A DNA stretch of 62,831 bases, taken from assembly GCA_964505635.1 (NCBI GenBank), contig CAZDIP010000005.1:793-63623 (forward strand), read 5' to 3'. The stretch is from an uncultured Candidatus Saccharibacteria bacterium (GTDB lineage Bacteria; Patescibacteriota; Doudnabacteria; UBA920). Within the stretch, counting starts at the first letter, position 1, and every line of letters starts with the position of its first letter. The notes under the pieces are model-generated. The model did no database searches. It was given only the letters and a program-made list of their open reading frames with translations, and was not told the DNA's origin. A program made the translations under genes and the position numbers. Shown in pieces: positions 34,626 through 44,456 of this stretch.

Positions 34626-36635
34626 ATGGCCATAAAAATAGGAAGCAAAAAATTTATTTTGGATATAACGGCTAAAATCTTGTTAACCGTTGTAATTTTG
34701 GGTGCACTGCCTCAGACTGTTTTAGCTTTAGCTTTGGATTCTGTGCCTATTGACCACCCGGGTTTAGGACAGGGGGGAGTAGCGGGAGATGCTGCGGCCG
34801 TGGCAGCCAACAGCGCTCTTGGCGTGGCTGAAATACACATAAATACCTGCGACAATCAGGAGTTGGTAAACCAGGGTTTTGACAGTGGTATTAACGCTGC
34901 TTTGCCCGGACTGTCTTTAATTACCGGCGGAGCCGATGAGGCCGCTTATTTGCAAAACAAGATTACAACCTTAGACACGCAATTGGCTTGCAGGGAAATT
35001 GACAAAGTTGCTTTGGAAAAAATTCCTTCCGTCAATTTGCTCGTACAGCAAAAAAAGCAGCAGCTTTTGGATAAAACCGTCGCCTCAATAAAAACTTTGC
35101 AAGCAAGAAAAGACCAGTTAATGGCTCAGCAGCGTGTAGCCAAAGCTGGTTTTTGGAAAGGGGTTTTCGTTAAATTAATGGTTAACCTGTCCAAGTCCAT
35201 GGCTACCAGGCTGGTCAATATGATCATAAATAACTATAAAGTTAACGACTTTGCCCGTTATGCCAGCGTTTTAGGCGCGCAGGTTTATACTACCGATTAC
35301 ATTATGCAAAATGCGGATGTCAGTCGTGACCAGCTCATGATCCGCTCTATGCTTACCAACCCGTTGCTACGCGAAAAAATTCCCAACGCGGCTTTCCAGC
35401 GCGCCTCAGACTCCATGGCCGTAAACAATATTCCGTTTAAAGCTGAAGAAATTAATTACGACGACCCGAAATTCTTTTTAAAATTAAACAAAACTTTTGC
35501 GGCTGACGCCCAGCCGGCAATGGTTAGCGCGGTTTTAAGCGGTAAAGCCAATAGCATTGAGCAAAGCGCCAATACCGCAGCTAAAACGGAAATTAACGCC
35601 AGTAACGGCATAAAATCGCCGCATACCTGCAGCGATGTAGTATCACAGCAAAATTCAATTGACAGGGAGTGGAAGGCGGTAAACGATAAAGTAGCTGACA
35701 GGCAGGCTTTGGTAGATAGTCTGGAAAATGAGTTAAATTTGCTTAAAAATTTTACTGCTTCCAATAAACAAAAAATTTCCCAAGATTTGGCGAAAGCCAG
35801 GACTGATTTAAAACAAGCCCATGCTGAATTGTCGGCTTTGGATGGCAAGTATGACAATAAGGCCGTGGTTAAATTTTGTGACTCGGTAAGCACACCGGGC
35901 AATTTGGTTAATCAGGGCGTAGATAAACTTGTTAATTCGGTGATTAGTAAAGCATCTGACTTTAGCGATAATAATTTATCCAGCGTGCAAAGCACACTCA
36001 CAAATTTAGCTACCACTGTTTTTGAAAATTTGCTTTTCGGCAGAACAGCGCGCTCCAGTATTGTTAATGAATTAACCAATTCAGCTTCTGCGGTCACTGG
36101 GATTGTGGTCAGTGGTTTGAGTGAAGCTTCGGTAAAAAGAAAATTGGATCAAAAGCAGGCGAATATGGAAAAGGGCGTTGATTTTGACTGGGACTTTGGC
36201 AGTAGTGCCTCAGAGTATATTTTAACCTGGTCGGTTGACCAGGCAAAAATAAAAAATGCATCCTATGCGACTATTGCCGGAACCGGGGTTAGTCCTACGC
36301 AACGTTTAAATCTTAGCGGAAGCTTAACCGTTAATTCTTCTTTGCCCGGGAACTATTTTTTGAGAGTGTTCGCGGCAAATAATACTACTGCATTGGTGAC
36401 AGTTTCGGTTACCACAGAAAGTTCTTCTGTGGGTGGTTCTTCAAACACAACTCCAAATGGAACAGGTAATGCCGCGTGCGGAGGTAATTATTCAAGTTTG
36501 CAGGTTTGTGTTCAACAAACCGGAGATCAAAATTATTGTGCTTCTATTTGCTCGCAGGTTCAGGGAGCTTTTACTCAGGCGACTGTAAACATAAGAGGAC
36601 CTAGTGGAATTACACCAAGAGGTCCAGCCAACTGA
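34626..36635 (+). CDS. hypothetical large secreted or anchored protein (669 aa)
   Basis: N-terminal anchor (ILLTVVILGALPQTVLALA), coiled-coil-like middle, beta-rich Ser/Thr/Asn tail and a Cys-rich C-terminus. A terminator follows. Confidence 0.65.
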   Translation: MAIKIGSKKFILDITAKILLTVVILGALPQTVLALALDSVPIDHPGLGQGGVAGDAAAVAANSALGVAEIHINTCDNQELVNQGFDSGINAALPGLSLITGGADEAAYLQNKITTLDTQLACREIDKVALEKIPSVNLLVQQKKQQLLDKTVASIKTLQARKDQLMAQQRVAKAGFWKGVFVKLMVNLSKSMATRLVNMIINNYKVNDFARYASVLGAQVYTTDYIMQNADVSRDQLMIRSMLTNPLLREKIPNAAFQRASDSMAVNNIPFKAEEINYDDPKFFLKLNKTFAADAQPAMVSAVLSGKANSIEQSANTAAKTEINASNGIKSPHTCSDVVSQQNSIDREWKAVNDKVADRQALVDSLENELNLLKNFTASNKQKISQDLAKARTDLKQAHAELSALDGKYDNKAVVKFCDSVSTPGNLVNQGVDKLVNSVISKASDFSDNNLSSVQSTLTNLATTVFENLLFGRTARSSIVNELTNSASAVTGIVVSGLSEASVKRKLDQKQANMEKGVDFDWDFGSSASEYILTWSVDQAKIKNASYATIAGTGVSPTQRLNLSGSLTVNSSLPGNYFLRVFAANNTTALVTVSVTTESSSVGGSSNTTPNGTGNAACGGNYSSLQVCVQQTGDQNYCASICSQVQGAFTQATVNIRGPSGITPRGPAN

Positions 36636-36637
36636 TT

Positions 36638-36664
36638 TAAAAACCCCCTTTTAGGGGGTTTTTA
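36638..36664 (+). terminator. intrinsic terminator splitting the block into two units
   Basis: AAAAACCCCC-tttta-GGGGGTTTTT. Confidence 0.8.
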
Positions 36665-36781
36665 AATATCCTTTTAAGAAGAAAACAAAACTCATTCATT
36701 TAATTGTGGAAAAGTTTTATATTAACCAAGGTATAAAGAAAATGCTCAGGAAATAAAAATTTGGAGTATTTTTTGGTTTTG

Positions 36782-36790
36782 TGGTATAAT
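36782..36790 (+). promoter_or_regulatory. extended -10 promoter element for the second unit
   Basis: TGgTATAAT. Confidence 0.55.
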
Positions 36791-36847
36791 TTGATTAAAG
36801 TTGAAAGAAAAAAGCTCTGAATTTCAGAAAAATTTAAATCTTTTTAA

Positions 36848-39800
36848 TTGTTACAGAAATTAAAAATAAAAATTAGGCAATTAGACATAAAACAAGGCAT
36901 AGGCATGGTGCTTTTGTCTGTTTTTTGTTTTGCTCTTTTGCCGAATTTTACTCAGGCCGCCCAGGGTATTGCCGACGACGGAAAAGACAACAGGACGTTT
37001 GATATAACCGACGTAGTTCTCAGGCCGGAAATTAGTGCTGCTACGGGTTTGGATTGCGGCAATACCCCTCTTAGCCAATTAAAAGGCAATATCCAAAAAA
37101 TTGAACAGTTGTGCAAGTTTAACACAAAAGGATTTTACACTATTGGAAATAATGTTTCAGAAAAGGAAAAATCTTATTTATTAGTTAAATATTCAATTTA
37201 TTTAGAGAAGCCTGGTGAGTTAAACGTAGCACCTAAGTCATTTGGAGATATTTTTAAAGATTTTACTTTTGGCTTGGTAGGCCCAAGCGCACCCAAAGTT
37301 GATTACGTGAAAATTAGTAATGGGTTTTATGGCTTTGGAGTGGTAAATCATCCTATTTTAGGTATAGGTTATGCCGTAGGGTTATCTGGCCAGGAAAAAT
37401 GTGAGAAAAAAGTCTTATCTTACCCTTGGGAAAAGGAAGAGTTTATTAATTCATGTAATTTTGGCCCTCGTTCTAATGGCGGTAAACAAAGTTTTGAACC
37501 CGAAAGTGAAGTAACCTGGAAGACCGGCTCGCCTATAAGAACAGTTTATTTTGCCTATGGCCCGGACAATAATTTTGACGGGCTCGCCATGAATGAAACT
37601 GGTAAAGACTATAAAATGGTTTTTTGGCCTTCTCTTTATTTGAACGTGGGCAATAGAAGTGTGCTGGATAAATATGTTGTTTCAGCTGCGGCAACCGCCG
37701 CCGCCCAAATGAGTACCGGGGTTTCTCAGAAAGCTTTGGATATAGCCAAGCAGGGTGTTCAAAAGGGAGATGATGCTATTAAGGCGTTGGTTGATTTTTT
37801 TAAAGGTTCGGCTCCACAAGCGGCTAGGGCATTTAGTGAAGCGGAGTTGCAGGCACTAGCAAAAGGAGCAATTAATTGGGCGGAAGATATTTTAACATGG
37901 CCTGGGAATGCCCAATCAGTGGAACAGGTGGCCACAAGGGCAGCAGAACTTGCGGCTAAAGAAGCCATTAAAAATGGGGCAAAGGTAGAGCAGGCAACAG
38001 CTTTAATAGGTAATATTACTAAGGATTTAGCAGCAACTGCAGGCATGGATGCAGCTGCTGCAACAAACCTAGCCGAACAGGCAGCGGTTAAAGCTGGTAT
38101 TGCTGCGGGCGGCACGGTTGAAGCCGCAGCTGGTGGGGCTAGGGCTGCTTCTAAATTTGGTAAGATAATTAAATTTGCTGGACCGGCTGCTCAAGTTATT
38201 GGACCGCTTTTTAATGGCGTGCAGCTGACTTTTAGTATTTTTAGTTTTTCTAAAGAACACTTTGATATTTATGATTCAAAAAATACTTTAACTTTGAGGT
38301 TGTACGCTACAGAAGCAGAGGCACAAAGCCATGCTAATGACCCAGCCCCGGTTGATGCATCTAATATGGGTTCAACCCCAGGTACTTCCAGTGTAGGTAA
38401 GAGCGGTTCCCCTTTATTAGGTTTTATAAACGAGCTAATTGCTATTTTAACCGCGTTTGTGCAGGAGCTTATTTATCTTTTGTTCACGGCCTTGGTGGTG
38501 CCTTTAATTGAAGCCATGCTTTCTATTCGCACCTATACCGACCAGTTTGCCGCAGTAATTTATCCGGGTTGGATAGTAGTAAGGAATGTGTGCAATATTT
38601 TATTTATTATTGCAATCATGGCCATTGCCATGGGTACTTTGTTGAGGTTGGACGGCTATCAGTTTAGAAGCATGCTGATAAATTTAATTGTCGCGGCCTT
38701 GCTCGTAAATTTTAGCTTGTTTGTAGGACAGGCGGTGCTCGGCGTGGCAGATACGGTGCAAAGCCAATTTTTGCCGAATAACAAGGCGGTTATAAGAAGC
38801 CTGGGAGCAGATTTGGTGCTTAATAATCGCGAGGCATTTTCCCGCTTTGCCCGTGGGGATTTTGCCAGCCAAGGTTATTTTTCTCAAACCGTGGTACCGC
38901 TTTTTATGCTTGTTGTCAGCGCGGGAACTTTTATGGTGTTTTTGGCCATTGCCGCGTTTTTGGCTATTCGGGTGGTTATGCTTTGGATACTCTTAATGGT
39001 TTCGCCCGTTGCTTACGCGGCAGGAGCTTTGCCTTCCACAGCGCATTATAGGGAAGAATGGTGGGAAACATTTTTGAAGTACGCGTTTTTTACGCCGGTT
39101 ATGGCTTTTTGTTTGAATATGGCGGCCGTGATTGTTAACGCGCAAAAGACTAATCCGGTTTTAAGGCAAATTAGCAGCGCGGAATTTAGCGATAATAATC
39201 TTTCTTCTTTTGTCTTTAACGTGGCCAGCAATATTTTACTGTTAATATTTTTGTTGGTAGCTTTGCAGGCAGCTGAAAAGTTTAGCATTATTGGCGCTGG
39301 TAAAATTACCGACTTTGCCAAGGGCGGCATGTTTGCGTTGCCAAAAATTGCTGCTGGTTACGGCGCGAGAAAATGGAATGAATTTACGGCAAATACTGTC
39401 AGAGGACATGGCCGCAAAGTTAGTTTTGGTAGGGCCGTGGCTTCCGCGGCTTTAAACCCGGTAGCTTTTGCAAAGGCGTGGGCAAAAGAAAGGGAAAAGA
39501 AAGATCATCGCGCTCAGGAAAAAGCCGAACTTGCCGCTTTGGAGGTCGTACAGCAAAGATTTGCCAGCCCAAAAACTTTTTTGTTTGGAGGGGGGAAAAT
39601 TAAGCAGCATATTTTGGCTCACGACAAGCACGAAGAAGATGATGAAGCTAAAAATTTTGCCAACATGTCCCGTGAGAATGTGGCGCGTAATGCGGCTGAA
39701 ATTTCTACGCTTGGTTTTAGCGAAGACGATATGGCAAGCAAGCGTGGGGTAATTAAGCTGGCTATGCACAAAGGTTATATTGACGACGTAGTAGAAGAGG

Positions 39801-41140
39801 CTTATCAGACAAAGGAAGGCAGGCAGTTGCTTGAAAAAATGAAAAAGTACGGTTTGGACGACGATGATTTTGAAGAAAAGGAAATAACAGACGAGAATGG
39901 CAACAAAGTAAAAGTTAAAAGCGCAATATACAGCCATAAAACCAGGAGGGCTTTGTATAAAGCCATGTTCGGTTGGGTTGGCGATGATGAACATGGGCAC
40001 TTTAAAGACCATGCTGCTGGCAGGCTTATTACCGAAGAAGGTGAAGAAGAAGGTATGAATACCGGGCATTTGGAGTATATGACCGATATGTATTTTGACG
40101 TGGCGAGCGGGGAATATAAATTTTATAAATTGCGAAAAGTGGTTGATCCGACAACTGGCAAAGAAATGTTTGTGAGTGATGGTGAAACTGTAATGGCGGG
40201 TGAAGAAATTGGTAAGAAAGATTCCCGTACTCAAGCCAGAATTGCCTGGCATGCTCTTATTAGCTCAAACGGACGGGATTTTAGTAGGGCAATATTCAGA
40301 AAAGTGGCTAAGGCATTTAGGGAAAACCCAGGTTTTATGCAGGAGCGCCAAACCAATAAATTATTTACCGGTAAATCCAGTGGAGATGTGGTGGTGGCAG
40401 CTCAGAAAGCATTTAAGGATAAAAAAGTCCTTAATGTCGATCCTAATTTTGCAAATGTTATTAAAATGATGATGGATGAAGACGAGGGTGCTACCGCAAC
40501 TATGATTCAAAGGTTTGTAAATGATACAAGCACGGCCGCGATCGCTGATTTAATGAAAAAGGGTTTTACTGTAAACGGAGAAAAAATTAATTTTAAAAAC
40601 ACCTCAGTCGGAGGGATTAGCGGAACAGTAACCGAGCAATTAAAGGAGGGTAAGGCTATTAATACCCAGATAGCGGGTGCTTCCGCAGAGGTGCTAAAAA
40701 ATTATGATTCTGTAGACCGGCTGCCTGATTTTAACGTGGTCGTTAATGGTTTGGTGGCAACGGGAAAAGTTAATAGGGGAGAGGCTGTTAAAGTAACTTT
40801 TAGTTACTTACAACAGTTGTCTCAAGAAATTTTGACAAAACGCAAAATTGATACCGCAGACGTAATTCAAAAGCCGTCTACCAGATACGCAAATGTTGAA
40901 GTTTTACTCTCAGGGCAGCAGTTAAGTAAGTTTTTGGATGTAATCAAGGATGCCACTAACAGGGGTCTTGCCGACAGTACGAGGTTTGCGTCAGACACCG
41001 ATAAAACAAACGCAATCAAGAAAACTATCGAAGAAGATTTAAATGATAAGGATGTTAAAAAAAGTTTGGGCAACCATGATCTTACCTCAATATTTAATTC
41101 AGAAGAGTTTGCAAAAGAAATTTTAAACGCCTTAAAATAA
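36848..41140 (+). CDS. giant VirB6/TrbL-like polytopic membrane protein (1430 aa)
   Basis: Signal sequence (the more likely start is the ATG at 36905, MVLLSVFCFALL...AAQG). The layout is about 500 aa outside, then 6-8 TM helices at about aa 520-830 in a TrbL/VirB6-like arrangement, then about 600 aa of charged cytoplasmic tail. The gene lies in a VirB4 cluster. Confidence 0.6.
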   Translation: MLQKLKIKIRQLDIKQGIGMVLLSVFCFALLPNFTQAAQGIADDGKDNRTFDITDVVLRPEISAATGLDCGNTPLSQLKGNIQKIEQLCKFNTKGFYTIGNNVSEKEKSYLLVKYSIYLEKPGELNVAPKSFGDIFKDFTFGLVGPSAPKVDYVKISNGFYGFGVVNHPILGIGYAVGLSGQEKCEKKVLSYPWEKEEFINSCNFGPRSNGGKQSFEPESEVTWKTGSPIRTVYFAYGPDNNFDGLAMNETGKDYKMVFWPSLYLNVGNRSVLDKYVVSAAATAAAQMSTGVSQKALDIAKQGVQKGDDAIKALVDFFKGSAPQAARAFSEAELQALAKGAINWAEDILTWPGNAQSVEQVATRAAELAAKEAIKNGAKVEQATALIGNITKDLAATAGMDAAAATNLAEQAAVKAGIAAGGTVEAAAGGARAASKFGKIIKFAGPAAQVIGPLFNGVQLTFSIFSFSKEHFDIYDSKNTLTLRLYATEAEAQSHANDPAPVDASNMGSTPGTSSVGKSGSPLLGFINELIAILTAFVQELIYLLFTALVVPLIEAMLSIRTYTDQFAAVIYPGWIVVRNVCNILFIIAIMAIAMGTLLRLDGYQFRSMLINLIVAALLVNFSLFVGQAVLGVADTVQSQFLPNNKAVIRSLGADLVLNNREAFSRFARGDFASQGYFSQTVVPLFMLVVSAGTFMVFLAIAAFLAIRVVMLWILLMVSPVAYAAGALPSTAHYREEWWETFLKYAFFTPVMAFCLNMAAVIVNAQKTNPVLRQISSAEFSDNNLSSFVFNVASNILLLIFLLVALQAAEKFSIIGAGKITDFAKGGMFALPKIAAGYGARKWNEFTANTVRGHGRKVSFGRAVASAALNPVAFAKAWAKEREKKDHRAQEKAELAALEVVQQRFASPKTFLFGGGKIKQHILAHDKHEEDDEAKNFANMSRENVARNAAEISTLGFSEDDMASKRGVIKLAMHKGYIDDVVEEAYQTKEGRQLLEKMKKYGLDDDDFEEKEITDENGNKVKVKSAIYSHKTRRALYKAMFGWVGDDEHGHFKDHAAGRLITEEGEEEGMNTGHLEYMTDMYFDVASGEYKFYKLRKVVDPTTGKEMFVSDGETVMAGEEIGKKDSRTQARIAWHALISSNGRDFSRAIFRKVAKAFRENPGFMQERQTNKLFTGKSSGDVVVAAQKAFKDKKVLNVDPNFANVIKMMMDEDEGATATMIQRFVNDTSTAAIADLMKKGFTVNGEKINFKNTSVGGISGTVTEQLKEGKAINTQIAGASAEVLKNYDSVDRLPDFNVVVNGLVATGKVNRGEAVKVTFSYLQQLSQEILTKRKIDTADVIQKPSTRYANVEVLLSGQQLSKFLDVIKDATNRGLADSTRFASDTDKTNAIKKTIEEDLNDKDVKKSLGNHDLTSIFNSEEFAKEILNALK

Positions 41141-42196
41141 ATGAAAACAGAAGTTGGAAATTTTTTAAAATCTTTGGCACCCCATCAGCTTTTTGACGAG
41201 GAAAATTTTAAGCAGATTAAGTATCAGGCGGACTTACTTATTGAGAGCTTTGAATATGATGGCGCTGCTGAATATTCTCGGGATTTGGAAGGTTTATTAA
41301 AGCAGATTCAACCAGAAGAGGAAAACACAGATTATTATAATATTTTATTGTATTGGATGTACAGATTAAGGTTGTTTGCTTTTTCAGTTTTAAAGCCAAA
41401 AGAAAAAGATGAGATATTCAAGGACGATATTATCATAATTCTGTCTTTAGGCTTGGATATAAAAGATTCTTTAAATGACTCAGTGGCTTTTTATGACAGT
41501 GTATCTGTGATTGAATCTTTGACCAAAAGCTATGCCACGTCTTTAGCCGCTTCTAATGTTTTATTGGGGGAGAATAACATAAAGCAAAAAAATATTGAAT
41601 TTAAGCCAACTATAAGTAATTGGATTGGGGAATATTCAGCAAGTATAAAAAGTCACGGCGCTCAATTAAATGATTCAGGTACATTCCATATTTTGAATTT
41701 TTTTAATACGAATCAATACGCCAAGGAATTAACCGAGAAAGAAAAAGCCTTGTTAAAGGAAGTTTTAGATTTATATGACTGGTTAATAAGGCCTGTGGCA
41801 GTAGAAGGCGGAGGTTCTCAAATTATAGATTATAATAAAAATAGTTATAATATTGTCAAAACTGATTTAATTACACAAGGGTCTTTATTAACCAGTAGCC
41901 GAAATTTATCAGATATTAAATCTCCTAATGTCCAAGCTTTAAAACCACAAAGCATTTTGCCTAAAAAAGACAATTTGGACTTAGGTTCAAGCAAGTCGCC
42001 GGGTATAAAATTATTTTCAGAAAATCCTCCAGAAGCCGCAAAATTACCAAATGTTCACCCTAAACCGGCAGGACAATTGTCAGATAACCTGGTTAAAGAC
42101 TTAAACAGCATTCAAAAGGAGATAGCGCTTAAGAAAAGCCTGGCTCAAGCGGAAATCCAAAAAAAACTAACTAAATTAAAAGATAGAAAAAAATAG
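41141..42196 (+). CDS. hypothetical soluble protein (351 aa)
   Basis: No TM helix or signal peptide. The ATG directly abuts the upstream TAA. Confidence 0.6.
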   Translation: MKTEVGNFLKSLAPHQLFDEENFKQIKYQADLLIESFEYDGAAEYSRDLEGLLKQIQPEEENTDYYNILLYWMYRLRLFAFSVLKPKEKDEIFKDDIIIILSLGLDIKDSLNDSVAFYDSVSVIESLTKSYATSLAASNVLLGENNIKQKNIEFKPTISNWIGEYSASIKSHGAQLNDSGTFHILNFFNTNQYAKELTEKEKALLKEVLDLYDWLIRPVAVEGGGSQIIDYNKNSYNIVKTDLITQGSLLTSSRNLSDIKSPNVQALKPQSILPKKDNLDLGSSKSPGIKLFSENPPEAAKLPNVHPKPAGQLSDNLVKDLNSIQKEIALKKSLAQAEIQKKLTKLKDRKK

Positions 42197-42208
42197 GTTA
42201 AAACAAAA

Positions 42209-43255
42209 ATGAATTTCCAACACGCGGAAAAAATTAGAAATTTAATCAATCAGTCTGAAATTTTAACAGCGGTTGAAAAAGCCGAGTGGCTGGGCTTTTT
42301 GGAATTAATGAACGACAAGCAACTTTTGGAATTGGAAGAAATTCTATCGGGCAGCCAAAAAACCGAATACGCTTCAATAGTTACTCCGGTTTTAAAAACT
42401 CCGGTTAAAAATCTCCCAGACCCAAACCAGCAAGGCAAACCCATCACCCACTATTTGTCGCACGAGGAACCAAAGGCTGCTGTAAAATCGCAATTGCCTC
42501 ATCTCGGCCATATTTTAAACATGCCTAGCGTTCCAAAGAAAACTGAAGCGAAATTGCCGGAAGCAAAAACGATAAAATTAAAAACAGGGTTTTTTCAGCG
42601 GTTGTCCAACATTTTTCAAGAAAAAGAGCTGCCTTCCGGAATCAATGAGCACGAACTTGCTTTGCCTAATCCGGATTTAGAGCCGGTAAAAAATTATATT
42701 GGCAAAATAGAAGTTATTGGAAGCACTGCGAAAGCAGTTAAAAATAAGCCGGGGGAATCCGCGTTAAACCCCAAGGCTTATGGGTTAAAAAAACTGCCTA
42801 ACATGATTAATGTTTCCAGGCAGCAAGAAGAAAAAACCCCCAGTGTATTTAAGACCGCCGCAACAAGCGAACTGCAGCCGGCATCCAAAAGCCAGTTGCC
42901 CCAAGCTGTTAGCAATATGCAAGCAGCACAGGCAGTGCCGTCTATAAACCCAAGAAGTCGAGCGGGACAAAATAAAAATATAAAAAATTTGGAAGAACTC
43001 AGCCTACTTACCATACAAGATTTAGAAGAAGGAGATTTAAATCAGTTAATTAAAAATATTCAAAACCTGGTGAAGCAAAAAAATATTCACGAAGCTTTAA
43101 AACATCTGGAGGAGAGCCCTATGTATAAAAGTTATATGGAAACAGGTAAAAAAGCTTTGCTTAACGATAGTTTTGAAAATTTGGAGGAGCAGGGGTTAAT
43201 AAATCAGGAACAATTTGAAATGGTGGCGGATTTATTAAGACAGGTTAAAGCCTAA
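42209..43255 (+). CDS. hypothetical soluble protein (348 aa)
   Basis: No TM helix. The middle is Pro/Lys-rich and likely disordered, and the ends look helical. Confidence 0.6.
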   Translation: MNFQHAEKIRNLINQSEILTAVEKAEWLGFLELMNDKQLLELEEILSGSQKTEYASIVTPVLKTPVKNLPDPNQQGKPITHYLSHEEPKAAVKSQLPHLGHILNMPSVPKKTEAKLPEAKTIKLKTGFFQRLSNIFQEKELPSGINEHELALPNPDLEPVKNYIGKIEVIGSTAKAVKNKPGESALNPKAYGLKKLPNMINVSRQQEEKTPSVFKTAATSELQPASKSQLPQAVSNMQAAQAVPSINPRSRAGQNKNIKNLEELSLLTIQDLEEGDLNQLIKNIQNLVKQKNIHEALKHLEESPMYKSYMETGKKALLNDSFENLEEQGLINQEQFEMVADLLRQVKA

Positions 43256-43286
43256 GACCGGTTTGTGTTATAATTAAATTATATAT

Positions 43287-43727
43287 ATGCAATTTCCAGT
43301 CCCTCAGTTTACAGAGGTAGAAGACAAAATTATCGGACCTTTGACTCTCAAACAGTTTGGAGTAATTTTTGCTGCCGGAACTGTAATTTTTTTGGCTTAC
43401 TCAATAAGTAAAAGTGTGCCTATTTTAATTTTTTTCTGCGTACTTTTTGGATTGCCAGCTTTGGGTATTGCTTTCGGAAAAATTAACGGGAGGCCGATTT
43501 ATAATAGTTTTGGTTTTGCCGTAAATTTTATTTTAAGTCCCAAAATTTATGTCTTCCATAAAGAGGCCTACTTTTTGTCTGTTAATAAGCAGATAGAAGA
43601 CAAAACCAAAATTTTTAAAACTCCCCAGGCGCAAACTATTATAGATCCGCAGTTAAAGATTAAAGAAATTAACAAAATACTGCAGCAGCAGGCTTTGGCC
43701 GAAAGGGAGCTCTTAAAGCGAAAATAA
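43287..43727 (+). CDS. PrgI-family (VirB3-like) T4SS membrane protein
   Basis: MQFPVPQFTEVEDKIIGPLTLKQFGVIFAAG plus two TM helices, the hallmark N-terminus of the PrgI family. It lies upstream of VirB4. Confidence 0.7.
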   Translation: MQFPVPQFTEVEDKIIGPLTLKQFGVIFAAGTVIFLAYSISKSVPILIFFCVLFGLPALGIAFGKINGRPIYNSFGFAVNFILSPKIYVFHKEAYFLSVNKQIEDKTKIFKTPQAQTIIDPQLKIKEINKILQQQALAERELLKRK

Positions 43728-43730
43728 CAA

Positions 43731-44423
43731 ATGCAATTTGAAATGCGAAATAAAAAAAAGCCTCAAGGCAAAGCCACTCAGAGTTTTTTGCGCATGGCTG
43801 AAATTAAGAATGACACTGTAGTTTTGGACGATGGGAGTATTCGCGCGGTTGTTGCCGTATCCTCTACTAATTTTGACCTAAAGAGCCAAGAAGAACAGGA
43901 TTCCATTATTTTTAATTTTCAGCGTTTTTTAAATTCCCTGGATTTTCCGATTCAAATTTTAATGCAAAGCCGAAAAATAGAAATAGGGAATTATATTGAA
44001 AAATTGAAAAGGCTGGCCGAAAAACAAACTAACGAACTACTTAGAGTCCAGACCAATGAGTACGTCGAATTTATTAACCGCCTGGTGGAAAATGCCAGCA
44101 TTATGAATAAACATTTTTATATTATTATACCATTGGGCCAAAATATTTTTCCAAAAGCCTCAGGATTTTTTTCCAGGGTATTTGGTAATGGCAGAGCCAG
44201 GGAAGCGGCCCAAAGAATAGAAAATTTTGAAAGAGCAAAGGAGCAAATAGACAATAGGGTTAATGCGGTAATTTCCAATTTATCGGGGGTGGGGGTCAGA
44301 GGGGCGAGGCTTAAAACAGAAGAAATTATCCAGCTTTATTATAATTCCTATAATTTTGATAATGCTCCCGTAATAGATCCTTCTAAACTTGATGAAATGA
44401 AAGTTTTTGAAGAAAAAAAATAA
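43731..44423 (+). CDS. hypothetical protein resembling the non-ATPase N-terminal domain of Tn916-Orf16/TcpF-type VirB4
   Basis: TQSFLRMAEIKNDTVVLDDGSIRAVVAVSSTNFDLKSQEEQDSIIFNFQRFLNSLDFPIQILMQSRK follows the pattern seen at the N-terminus of Gram-positive VirB4 proteins (recalled, not searched). Confidence 0.55.
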   Translation: MQFEMRNKKKPQGKATQSFLRMAEIKNDTVVLDDGSIRAVVAVSSTNFDLKSQEEQDSIIFNFQRFLNSLDFPIQILMQSRKIEIGNYIEKLKRLAEKQTNELLRVQTNEYVEFINRLVENASIMNKHFYIIIPLGQNIFPKASGFFSRVFGNGRAREAAQRIENFERAKEQIDNRVNAVISNLSGVGVRGARLKTEEIIQLYYNSYNFDNAPVIDPSKLDEMKVFEEKK

Positions 44424-44456
44424 AATTAAAACCAAAAAGTTAATTTTCTTTTAATT

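Noticed and set aside
39452-40252. 266-aa antisense ORF inside the VirB6-like gene, plus many shorter antisense ORFs in the same gene
   Set aside because: It lies fully inside a much longer, motif-supported gene on the other strand. Its F/K/I-rich low-complexity translation is the mirror of Glu/Lys-rich coding sequence, and it has no RBS.
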